Shown in pieces: positions 24,463 to 32,000 of a DNA stretch of 32,000 nucleotides (positions are counted from its first letter, which is position 1; every line of letters begins with the position of its first letter). The DNA comes from Nostoc sp. PCC 7120 = FACHB-418 (GTDB lineage: Bacteria; Cyanobacteriota; Cyanobacteriia; Cyanobacteriales; Nostocaceae), in NCBI RefSeq assembly GCF_000009705.1, contig NC_003276.1:270001-302000 (forward strand), in the 5' to 3' direction. Position numbers and translations under genes: made by a program. The notes under the pieces were generated by a model. The model did not search any database, was not told the DNA's origin, and saw only the letters and a program-made list of their open reading frames with translations.

Positions 24463-24822
24463 TTATTCAAAATCAGGAATAAAATGAGGAGCGATCGCTT
24501 TCTGTAGATTGACGGCAGTTAACATACTTTCTACGGAATCTAGATTGGCATTGCCACCGATAATTGTTTGCCTACCTGAATAAGTTCCATGCAACGTAAA
24601 ATAAGATAAATACTGCCGAGCTTGTTTGTTTCCGGTAGTTGCAGCATCAGAGAGAAAATCGATAGCAATCAAATCAAGTATGGTTTTGTGTGGCCAATCG
24701 CTTAAAGAGTTATCACCGAGCCATTGAGCAACAGTTTCACTTAAGAAATAGCCGTAGTCTTGGTGGAATTTGTACGCAAGACTGATTTGTTTACCGATTT
24801 CGTTAATTTGTTCTTCTTTCAT
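24463..24822 (-). CDS. hypothetical protein (119 aa)
   Basis: ATG ORF from the track, same-strand operon context. Confidence 0.5.
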   Translation of the reverse strand: MKEEQINEIGKQISLAYKFHQDYGYFLSETVAQWLGDNSLSDWPHKTILDLIAIDFLSDAATTGNKQARQYLSYFTLHGTYSGRQTIIGGNANLDSVESMLTAVNLQKAIAPHFIPDFE

Positions 24823-24850
24823 GGTTTTATCTGTTTCCTTGAAAACTTTT

Positions 24851-25162
24851 TTACAGTTCAGCTTTGAGTAACAAGCCCAAAGGAGTTAAGACCCAATAAT
24901 TACCATGATCATCTTCAACTTCTTGCACAAATCCCCAATCTCGAAGCTCCTTCAAGACATCACTTAAAAATTCATCAATACCATCGCCGCCAAATCCACC
25001 ACATTCAGCAATCATGGTAATAGTGCCTTGCATTTCGGTGTCGGCAAGAGCTTCTTGAGGTGAAGTGAGGATTTGAATCACATCCACATAAACTGTGCTG
25101 ATAATACCTTGTTCATCATCGGTGGTAGTTGCTACTGTTTTTAAATCAAAAGGGATGATCAT
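24851..25162 (-). CDS. hypothetical acidic protein (103 aa)
   Basis: ATG ORF from the track, strongly acidic. That composition is compatible with a DNA-mimic or anti-restriction type protein, but nothing else supports this. Confidence 0.45.
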   Translation of the reverse strand: MIIPFDLKTVATTTDDEQGIISTVYVDVIQILTSPQEALADTEMQGTITMIAECGGFGGDGIDEFLSDVLKELRDWGFVQEVEDDHGNYWVLTPLGLLLKAEL

Positions 25163-25222
25163 AAACTCTGGTGTTAAGTGATGGGTTTTGACAACTGATA
25201 ACTGACAACTGACGACTATTTC

Positions 25223-26161
25223 TCATGCCGTTACTACAGCCTTTTTGAACGCCCCCGCCTGTCTGAGTTTCGCCGCAGGTTCAGGGTGTGCAAAGAACTC
25301 TTCAACAGCTTTCGTTAGCCCAGCCGCCACCGCAGGGTCATGACAAGCGTACACATAGATTTTTTGCTGAGTGCCTTGAACTATCCGCGTTTCCTGGCGA
25401 TCGCCCAGATGTGGATAAAACGTCCGCACCCAAGTACCCAAATGCCCCCGATAGTGTGGGCCACTGGTAGGCACATTGCGACCTAGTTCACTCTCCGAGA
25501 AGTTGACAACACCAAGCCAGCGTTCTTCTGATGGGGTCAACATCTTGCGGTTATGTTCAGCCAAGAGATTAGCGGCGAAATCTTTCATCTGCTGTTCCAT
25601 GTACGGGTTAAGTCGTCCGCCTGTGAGTTCAGCAAGCGTTTTCATGGACTGAACCAAGGTGTGCAAGCGCTGTTCGACTGGAGGAAGTGCGGGTACTGGG
25701 GCAGTGATAGGTTCTGGTTGCGTTGTGATTTTAGGCACTGACGCAACCAAATCTAAGATAATGGTTCTGACTTGGGCGGCAATTTCAGATTCACTCAACA
25801 ACATTGCTATTCTGAGTGTGCCTAGAGGTGAAAATACCCTGGCTTGGGATGTTCGGGATGGTAGCTCCAAGTTGGAGCGAGCATCAGTTAAAGCTTTACC
25901 AGTTAGTTTTTTGGTTTCATGAGTCCGAAATTCCTTGCTGTTTCTCTCGTAAATATGCTTAATCCCTTGTATCGAATACTCAAAGTAATTGGCTAACTGG
26001 TCAACAGTAGCCCAGCCTTCTCCATTCCAAAGAGCAAAGACAATCGCTTTCGCTTTGCTGAGGATTTCTTGAGCGCGTGTATCATTTAAGTTGGAAATTG
26101 CAGATGTCCTTAAAGAAGGAGATTCAGTCAAAACATTTTGATTTAATGAGAGATTCATCAT
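25223..26161 (-). CDS. hypothetical protein with possible N-terminal Bro-N/ORF6N-like (antirepressor-type) DNA-binding region
   Basis: 312 aa. WATVDQLANYFEYSIQGIKHIYERNSKEF...LTGKAL...ARVFSPLGTLRIAMLLSESEIAAQVR resembles phage antirepressor N-domains. The assignment is tentative. Confidence 0.4.
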   Translation of the reverse strand: MMNLSLNQNVLTESPSLRTSAISNLNDTRAQEILSKAKAIVFALWNGEGWATVDQLANYFEYSIQGIKHIYERNSKEFRTHETKKLTGKALTDARSNLELPSRTSQARVFSPLGTLRIAMLLSESEIAAQVRTIILDLVASVPKITTQPEPITAPVPALPPVEQRLHTLVQSMKTLAELTGGRLNPYMEQQMKDFAANLLAEHNRKMLTPSEERWLGVVNFSESELGRNVPTSGPHYRGHLGTWVRTFYPHLGDRQETRIVQGTQQKIYVYACHDPAVAAGLTKAVEEFFAHPEPAAKLRQAGAFKKAVVTA

Positions 26162-26185
26162 TAACTCCTTGCGAGAATATGTGTG

Positions 26186-26644
26186 TTAGAAAAGCACTCG
26201 AATTAAATCTCGTTCGCTAACTAACGCAAAGCGATTGGGTGTCGTCAAAGTTTGGGACAAAGTGGGTGACATCATTTCTACGGCGTAACACCAAGAATTA
26301 TTTACCAGTTGAATTCCCACAATGAGCCGTTGCTTTGTTCCGTGAGGAAGACAACGCAGCATAACGCGATCGCCCAAACCAAAAGCAGGTTTTTTCAAAT
26401 TGGTGGTTTGAGGATGTCCCAAAGGGATAATCTGATGCTTTGTTGCGCGTAAGATTTCTTGATTGCAGATAACTGTATATAGCCAGATATCGTAATGCCA
26501 CTCAACACCACAGCAATAGCCGAATGTTCTAGTAGTTTTGAGGTACACTCTTTCTAACAAATTAGCTTCAGGAGGCAAAATCTTTTTATCACAAGGAGGA
26601 GAGAGATACCAATTTCTTTCGAGAGCAGAGATTACACAATTCAT
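26186..26644 (-). CDS. DUF1392-like protein, paralogue B
   Basis: See 14468-14944. Shared blocks are NWYLSPP, VYL, GYCCGVEW, FGLGDRV and IVGIQLVNNSW. Confidence 0.55.
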   Translation of the reverse strand: MNCVISALERNWYLSPPCDKKILPPEANLLERVYLKTTRTFGYCCGVEWHYDIWLYTVICNQEILRATKHQIIPLGHPQTTNLKKPAFGLGDRVMLRCLPHGTKQRLIVGIQLVNNSWCYAVEMMSPTLSQTLTTPNRFALVSERDLIRVLF

Positions 26645-26665
26645 AAGTTTTAGCCAACTAAATAT

Positions 26666-27499
26666 TTAAACTGTTTCTGATTTTGCTATTTGTACTTGCT
26701 GCATCCATGCCTTAATTGCAGTTAACTCATCAGCACCAGTAGCAACTACAGCAACTACCTGCTGCTGATATGAATGTTCAGCCTGATTGGAATTATCAAC
26801 TTTGTCTGCTGCCCATCCTAAACACATGGTTTTTACCAGAGAATCAATCTTACTAATGGGTAATTCACTGGGGCTACTAACTTCTTGAAACTGCAAATAT
26901 TCCTTGACCAAATCCAGAGGATAATTCAACAAAGTACGAATATATTTCACGCGCAAATCTTGAGGATGTGCTACAGATTTGGGTTGTGTTTGTTGTTCTG
27001 GCATTAGTGGAATAGATGAAAATGAACCACCCAAACGGGACTGAATTTCAGAAATGATTGAGAACCAATCAGCATTTGGGTTCCATTCGCTGCGAACTCT
27101 AACTTTACTTATTGCATCATAAAGCCGACAAAAGACTGTGTTCTCATCACCACTTGTAGCCGCAATAACTAGAGGCTTGGAAAAGTCATAAACTTGAGAT
27201 GCTGCTAGTAAAAAGGTCTTAGCAAAATTGGTTTCTATGCCAGTTCTAATGATATATACTTCATCAGCAGAGACAACAATATCTAATTTAATACTGTCCT
27301 TACCTTTGTATTCTTTAGCAGTCACGCGCAGTTCTGATAAGTAACCAGTTAATCCTCTTTGCTGTACAGGGATGGGTTTATCTTGTTCGATATTGTAGTG
27401 ATACCAGAGATATGTTTCACCACTTGATTCCCCATTTTTAACGTATAGATAAATGGGTTCAGGAGGATTACAAAGACCTAGTTTTATTTCTGTCATCAT
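26666..27499 (-). CDS. hypothetical protein (277 aa)
   Basis: ATG ORF from the track with GAGG upstream. No family recognised. Confidence 0.5.
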   Translation of the reverse strand: MMTEIKLGLCNPPEPIYLYVKNGESSGETYLWYHYNIEQDKPIPVQQRGLTGYLSELRVTAKEYKGKDSIKLDIVVSADEVYIIRTGIETNFAKTFLLAASQVYDFSKPLVIAATSGDENTVFCRLYDAISKVRVRSEWNPNADWFSIISEIQSRLGGSFSSIPLMPEQQTQPKSVAHPQDLRVKYIRTLLNYPLDLVKEYLQFQEVSSPSELPISKIDSLVKTMCLGWAADKVDNSNQAEHSYQQQVVAVVATGADELTAIKAWMQQVQIAKSETV

Positions 27500-27604
27500 A
27501 TTTTACCTCTACTGTGCAATAATAGATTTCCTGTAGTAAGATGCAGTGTTCAAAAATACTAGCGATCGCCCGAATTAATCACAGGCAAGTCGGGCGAGTT
27601 TCTT

Positions 27605-27802
27605 CTAATCGAAAGTATTGGCTGTATTAGCAGACTCTTGATTAGTTTCTAGCTCATCTTTGAGATAAGACAATGCAGTTTGAGCATCACCAATTTTTAA
27701 ATCGGGATGATACTTAAGTGCTAAAAAGTCTGGGTGTTGAGCAATTTTAGATAACAGGTATTGACTAGCTTTAACTAATTCAATAAGGCTGATATTAGAC
27801 AT
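27605..27802 (-). CDS. hypothetical small helical protein (65 aa)
   Basis: ATG ORF that overlaps the upstream gene by 8 nt. Confidence 0.45.
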   Translation of the reverse strand: MSNISLIELVKASQYLLSKIAQHPDFLALKYHPDLKIGDAQTALSYLKDELETNQESANTANTFD

Positions 27803-28109
27803 CAGTTAATCCTCCCAACTGTTCTTGAAGTGCTGTTATCTGCTGTTGATGCTCTTCAAGTTCTGCTTGCAACTGTGGCTGAAGTTCTGCAACAGAAAGC
27901 GTTTGAATTTGGTCGTCAAAGTAAGAGCGAACTTCTTCTGAGTTTTTGTCAGCCATCACCGTATAACGCCAGCCTGTACCGTACTCATAAGCCAAAAGAG
28001 TATCAGTAGCGTAGTATTGGATACCGATGATTAGCCCTTGCTTTGTGCGCTGTCCTAACGTGAATCTGGGGTATTCCCAGCCCTTGGGTATGCTAATAGT
28101 GGGTTGCAT
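27795..28109 (-). CDS. hypothetical protein (104 aa), SH3-like N-terminus plus coiled-coil tail
   Basis: FTLGQRTKQGLIIGIQYY...WRYTV resembles the C-terminal half of the DUF1392-like proteins. The tail is LQPQLQAELEEHQQQITALQEQL. Confidence 0.5.
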   Translation of the reverse strand: MQPTISIPKGWEYPRFTLGQRTKQGLIIGIQYYATDTLLAYEYGTGWRYTVMADKNSEEVRSYFDDQIQTLSVAELQPQLQAELEEHQQQITALQEQLGGLTDV

Positions 28110-28223
28110 GATTTCGGTAAAGGTGAAGCTAATTGATGTTTTCTGTGGAAACGAGTAGGTAAGTGTTTATACTTGGAGCAACTAAACAGTCAAATTGAGT
28201 GGGCGACGAAGCCCACTTTTTGT

Positions 28224-29228
28224 TTAAACTGCCACTAATTCTCTGCTGCCCAAGACTGGTTCATACTCTCGCAATCTTTCCCACTGTTCAAATGTGAGCA
28301 AGTGAAAGGGTTTGTCTAGCATTTCCTCGCAAGACAAATCCTCAGATAGCAATTCAGGGACTATTTGCTGGGGTTCTAAAGAAGCTTGTACATAGCAGCA
28401 AAGGCCGTTCTTGTAGACAAATTCCACTAGTCTTTTGTCGTTGTGGTAAATCCCATCGTCAAGCAATTCCAAACCTAACTGTTCGCAACCAGTCGCAATC
28501 TGAGCCATGATTTCGTTTCCTGTGGTGCAGGGTTCTACAAATGCTTCTTGTAGTGGCAGTGTGCCTTGTTGGTACTGCTGCTTAACGTAGCTTTGGCATC
28601 TGGGGGCGGTAGTATCGCGGAAAATCTCTTGCCCGTTAATAATGACTCTCCAGTACAAGTCTTCGTGATTGTCGCAGTCAAAGCTAATGCTGGCTTTTAA
28701 TTCCCCATCAGCAAATGCTTCTTGCTCATAGAAACAGATTTCAGCAATGGTGGGGACTTCTGAAATTTCACCTGGGATTGCTGGGTTGAGTGTCCCGTCC
28801 TTATGATGCCAGTCGATGAAGCGGTGGCATTGAGAAATAGCAAAGTGACGGAATTTTTCTTCACCATTTACCATAACTACCCAAGGCTGCATTACAAATT
28901 CGCTGTTGTCGTAGCTGATGTAGGCGATGAGTCTTTTTCCTGCGTAGACTTCACAGTGGTGAGGATTGATTTCTTGGGTGGTCAGTTCTTCGGGAGCTAC
29001 AGCTTCGGCTTGGTCAGCAATGAAATTCTCTAGTTCGGCTTGGGCTTGCGCTTGTTCGTCAACTTTTTGAACTTGGGTGGACTGGTAGTCAGCGATCGCA
29101 CTAATCCAAGAATCCTTACAGCGTTTGTCGCTTACCTCAAGGGTGCAGCCGATTTCGCTGTAGATTTGCTTGAGCCGGGCTATGGATTTCAGTTGCAAAT
29201 GTTGATGAGTGTATGTAACGTGGGTCAT
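28224..29228 (-). CDS. hypothetical protein (334 aa) with an internal tandem domain duplication; first gene of the long minus-strand operon
   Basis: VVMVNGEEKFRHFAISQCHRFIDWHHKDGTLNP and RVIINGQEIFRDTTAPRCQSYVKQQYQQGTLP are clearly related repeats about 80 aa apart. Confidence 0.55.
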   Translation of the reverse strand: MTHVTYTHQHLQLKSIARLKQIYSEIGCTLEVSDKRCKDSWISAIADYQSTQVQKVDEQAQAQAELENFIADQAEAVAPEELTTQEINPHHCEVYAGKRLIAYISYDNSEFVMQPWVVMVNGEEKFRHFAISQCHRFIDWHHKDGTLNPAIPGEISEVPTIAEICFYEQEAFADGELKASISFDCDNHEDLYWRVIINGQEIFRDTTAPRCQSYVKQQYQQGTLPLQEAFVEPCTTGNEIMAQIATGCEQLGLELLDDGIYHNDKRLVEFVYKNGLCCYVQASLEPQQIVPELLSEDLSCEEMLDKPFHLLTFEQWERLREYEPVLGSRELVAV

Positions 29229-29250
29229 AATGGAGATTCCTGTAAAGGTT

Positions 29251-29296
29251 CAAAAGACGACACGTTTGCTTACCAGGCTTGGGGTGTCGTCTTTTG
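29251..29296. promoter_or_regulatory. 13-bp perfect inverted repeat in the leader of the minus-strand operon
   Basis: CAAAAGACGACAC (29251-29263) and GTGTCGTCTTTTG (29284-29296) are separated by 20 nt. The first arm lies 23 nt upstream of the ATG at 29228. Confidence 0.5.
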
Positions 29297-29306
29297 TTAT
29301 TATCAT

Positions 29307-29329
29307 ATTACCTACTATCAGTAGGTAAT
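29307..29329. promoter_or_regulatory. perfect palindrome, candidate operator
   Basis: ATTACCTAC-TATCA-GTAGGTAAT has 9-bp arms. A related half-site GTAGGTTAAT recurs at 29408-29417. Confidence 0.55.
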
Positions 29330-29332
29330 GCA

Positions 29333-29425
29333 ATAGATAGATATATGATGGTTGGTTATCTATTGAGGTGCTTACAATAAATACTATTGATAGATAGACT
29401 ACTAAAAGTAGGTTAATCTATCTAT
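29333..29425. promoter_or_regulatory. three copies of ATAGATAGA(T) motif (two direct, one inverted) in the divergent control region
   Basis: ATAGATAGAT at 29333-29342, ATAGATAGA at 29390-29398, and the reverse complement ATCTATCTAT at 29416-29425. A partial copy TATCTAT lies at 29357-29363. The last copy ends 13 nt before the XRE gene ATG. Confidence 0.55.
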
Positions 29426-29438
29426 ATGAATTCAAGTC

Positions 29439-29765
29439 ATGCCTGTGGAAGTAAGACTTAAGGAAATTAGAAGCGAAAGAAAAATTTCGCAGAATGAACT
29501 AGCAAGACGGTTGGAAATGTCATTAGCTAATGTTCAAAAAATTGAATATGGCAAAGCAAAATCAATACCTTTGGATACATTGGACAAGTTATGTCAGATT
29601 TTGGAATGTGAAGTTGGTGATCTATTAGTCCGCGTACCTGACAGTGATGGTGGAAACTTTAAAAAGGAACAAAATGTAGTTCAAGTAGTTGATGAAGTCA
29701 AGGAAGACAAAATTAGTAGACTCAATTCAAAATCCACAAATGCAAGTGGAATGATTGCAGCATGA
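29439..29765 (+). CDS. XRE-family helix-turn-helix transcriptional regulator
   Basis: LKEIRSERKISQNELARRLEMSLANVQKIEYGKAKSIPLDTLDKLCQILECEVGDLL is a textbook Cro/CI-type HTH. It is divergent from the long operon. Confidence 0.85.
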   Translation: MPVEVRLKEIRSERKISQNELARRLEMSLANVQKIEYGKAKSIPLDTLDKLCQILECEVGDLLVRVPDSDGGNFKKEQNVVQVVDEVKEDKISRLNSKSTNASGMIAA

Positions 29766-29831
29766 GTGTTACTGCTCTTAATTTAGTTAATCCTCTAGCA
29801 TTAACATGAATTTTTTACATCGGAGTGGAGA

Positions 29832-30014
29832 ATGAGTAGTGCTGAGAAACCAGAGTCGCGGCACGCTGCAACAGATCCTGAAAAGTGCCGCATTATGGAG
29901 AAAAAGTATGGTTGGAAACTGCTGAGGGTAGAACCAACCGGAAACAAGGTATTAAAAGTTGACTGTGTATTTGAAGGCGAAACGAAATTTCCTACTTACA
30001 AACAGGAGAATTAA
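29832..30014 (+). CDS. hypothetical small protein (60 aa)
   Basis: ATG ORF with a GGAG-rich sequence upstream. Confidence 0.4.
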   Translation: MSSAEKPESRHAATDPEKCRIMEKKYGWKLLRVEPTGNKVLKVDCVFEGETKFPTYKQEN

Positions 30015-30018
30015 TGGT

Positions 30019-30399
30019 ATGGGTAAATATATTATTTTCAAAGCTGAGTCAATGTCAGCAGAAGGTTGGGAGTCAAGGCGATTGGCTCATACTGAGGCTT
30101 ATACCAGCATACTTACTGAACATTATGATTCTTCTAATTCTCCAATACCACAACCAGGATATAGACTCAGAGAATATCATCAAGTATCTAAGTTTGCAGA
30201 TAAGCAGTTTCCTGATTCGAGTACCCACAGCAGAATCGGGGATTGGAAAGTGACTAGAGTTGAAGAATATACCCCAGAAATTCCCAATCATGATTTTGAG
30301 GTTGTGGTTATTTGTTACTGCCAATACTCCCCAGTAACTACTCCACTAGAGCCAATGCCAGAAATTCAGGTTTCCCAAGAGGAACTACAGGAAGTTTAG
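30019..30399 (+). CDS. hypothetical protein (126 aa)
   Basis: I trimmed the track ORF 29959-30399 to ATG at 30019, which has AGGAGA 10 nt upstream. It reads MGKYIIFKAESMSAEGW.... Confidence 0.5.
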   Translation: MGKYIIFKAESMSAEGWESRRLAHTEAYTSILTEHYDSSNSPIPQPGYRLREYHQVSKFADKQFPDSSTHSRIGDWKVTRVEEYTPEIPNHDFEVVVICYCQYSPVTTPLEPMPEIQVSQEELQEV

Positions 30400-30776
30400 C
30401 GGAATTTGGGCAACAAGCGAACACTGATAAAAATTTTGTAAGCATGACAAACCCCCAAGTATTACTTTCCAGCAATCAATGGTGCAGTTAACGTCCACAC
30501 CGGACTGCATCAAGCGATTCACGAACTGCGGCACGGGTCGGTGACTGAGGCAAAACAACTGCTGGCGCGGCAGATTGCGGTATTGGCGAATGTGCTGATG
30601 GTGCTGTAGGAGTGTGGGGATGGAGTGAGCCTTTTTGTTGTTATCTGTCCCTATTGTCAAAATTTGAATTTGGAATTGCTGCTTAACTGTGGCTTTCCGT
30701 TTTTCTTAACGCTATTTCTGATATGATTTAGCAACTAGATATTCATCATGTCGCCTAAAACTTACCACTTCATTAA

Positions 30777-32000
30777 GTGCGTGTCAAAACTCCCACTGTC
30801 ATACAAATGGAAGCGGCCGAATGTGGAGCAGCTTCCCTAGCGATTATTCTTGCCTACTATGATAGCATTGTCCCCTTAGCCGAACTCCGCATTGAGTGCG
30901 GAGTTTCCCGTGATGGGAGCAAAGCCTCTAATATCATTCTTGCTGCTCGACGCTATGGAATGGTTGCAGACGGCTTTAAAGCAGAACACCTAGAACAACT
31001 CCAAGACTTAACTCCCCCCTACATCGTTTTTTGGAACTTCAATCATTTTCTGGTAGTGGAAGGATTGAGCAAACATTGGGTGTTCCTCAATGACCCCGCT
31101 ACTGGTCCCCGCAGGGTTTCCTGGGAGGAATTTGACGAAAGTTTTACAGGGGTTGTCCTAGTGATGGAACCTGGTGCCGACTTTAACAAAGGCGGTCGCA
31201 AACCCAGTGTCATCTTAGGCTTGATAGACCGTTTGCGGGGTTCAATTGGTTCAATTTTATACTGCATTTTCGCCGGATTTTTCTTGGTGTTGCCCGGTTT
31301 AGCAATTCCGGTTTTCAGTCAGGTGTTTGTGGATCATGTTCTGGTGGAAAGTCGCACTGAATGGCTGCGTCCCCTAATTTTAGGGATGATTCTTACCACG
31401 GTGTTTCAAGGACTGCTGACACTACTCCGACTGCGCTATTTGAGAAAGTTGAGGATTAAGTTGGCTGTGGGAATGTCCACTCGCTTCCTGTGGCATATTC
31501 TGAGATTACCTGTGAGATTTTATGCCCAAAGGTATGCAGGAGAAGTTAGCAATCGCGCCAGTTTGAATAATAAGGTGGCTGAGGTGCTTTCCGGGCAATT
31601 GGCAACTACAGTTATTGATGTAGTTATGATCTTGTTCTACGCCCTAGTGATGTTTGCCTATGATTGGGTATTAACGTTAATTGGGATCTGTTTTACTGCG
31701 ATCAATGGGTTAGCCTTGCAATGGGTTGCTAGACATCGCGTAGATGCAAATATACGTTTGATACAGGATTGGGGAAAAGCAACTGCGGTGAGTATTGCAG
31801 CGATTCAGAGTATCGAAACGTTGAAAGCATCAGCTTTAGAGTCGGATTTCTTTTCCCGATGGTCTGGATATTATGCCAAAGCTGTTAGCGCACAGCAAGA
31901 TTTAGAAGTCACAAATCAAATATTAGGGATTTTGCCCATACTGCTGGCCTCTTTAACTTCGATGTTAATTTTAGTCGTTGGAGGTTGGCGGGTAATGGAT
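30777..32000 (+). CDS. bacteriocin/NHLP-type export ABC transporter with N-terminal C39 peptidase domain (5' part; continues past the window)
   Basis: My own translation from GTG at 30777 gives RVKTPTVIQMEAAECGAASLAIILAYYDSIVPLAELRIECGVSRDGSKASNII...HFLVVEG...NDPATGPRRVSWEEF. This contains the C39 catalytic Cys and His regions. The membrane domain follows (LYCIFAGFFLVLPGLAIPVFSQVFVD...). The frame is open to base 32000. It is not in the ORF track because there is no stop in the window. Confidence 0.9.
   Translation, partial: MRVKTPTVIQMEAAECGAASLAIILAYYDSIVPLAELRIECGVSRDGSKASNIILAARRYGMVADGFKAEHLEQLQDLTPPYIVFWNFNHFLVVEGLSKHWVFLNDPATGPRRVSWEEFDESFTGVVLVMEPGADFNKGGRKPSVILGLIDRLRGSIGSILYCIFAGFFLVLPGLAIPVFSQVFVDHVLVESRTEWLRPLILGMILTTVFQGLLTLLRLRYLRKLRIKLAVGMSTRFLWHILRLPVRFYAQRYAGEVSNRASLNNKVAEVLSGQLATTVIDVVMILFYALVMFAYDWVLTLIGICFTAINGLALQWVARHRVDANIRLIQDWGKATAVSIAAIQSIETLKASALESDFFSRWSGYYAKAVSAQQDLEVTNQILGILPILLASLTSMLILVVGGWRVMD

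Noticed and set aside
30385-30660. 91-aa minus-strand ORF and short plus-strand ATG ORFs (for example MTNPQVLLSSNQWCS from 30445) as possible bacteriocin precursors
   Set aside because: They have no double-glycine leader, no RBS and atypical composition. The minus ORF runs opposite to both neighbours. I kept the question open only as a finding about the gap.

Overview
This is cyanobacterial DNA of Nostocales type. I count 22 copies of the HIP1 octamer GCGATCGC, and there is an Anabaena-type nucA/nuiA nuclease-inhibitor pair. There are three zones. (1) 1-9.2 kb is an accessory neighbourhood. It holds the tail of a DDE transposase, three decayed gene remnants (SAM-methyltransferase, dinB, GT1 glycosyltransferase), an intact CrtI-family desaturase, small conserved hypotheticals, a phosphodiester glycosidase and nucA/nuiA. 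(2) About 9.5-30.4 kb is a plasmid- or prophage-like module transcribed almost entirely on the minus strand. An XRE repressor and a repeat-rich divergent control region sit at 29.2-29.8 kb. The module carries DnaB, a Rep-like protein with 15-bp tandem repeats, a C5-methyltransferase-like gene, an ASCH gene, an MT-A70 methyltransferase, a frameshifted alkB, a DUF488-like/2OG-oxygenase fusion with a truncated second copy, two DUF1392-like paralogues and many small ORFs joined by ATGA overlaps. An IS transposase (12.9-14.4 kb) interrupts it. (3) From 30.8 kb to the end is the start of a C39-peptidase bacteriocin-type ABC exporter. The most notable item is a 1.57-kb TnpA-less IS200/IS605-like element at 20410-21982, inserted cleanly and antisense into an Rpn-family nuclease gene. 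It encodes a compact 427-aa IscB-type RuvC/HNH nuclease. A 246-nt helix-rich non-coding leader upstream fits an omega-RNA whose guide would come from the flanking host gene. No CRISPR array, cas1/cas2, tRNA or rRNA was seen. All calls come from reading the sequence and recalling protein families; no searches were run.
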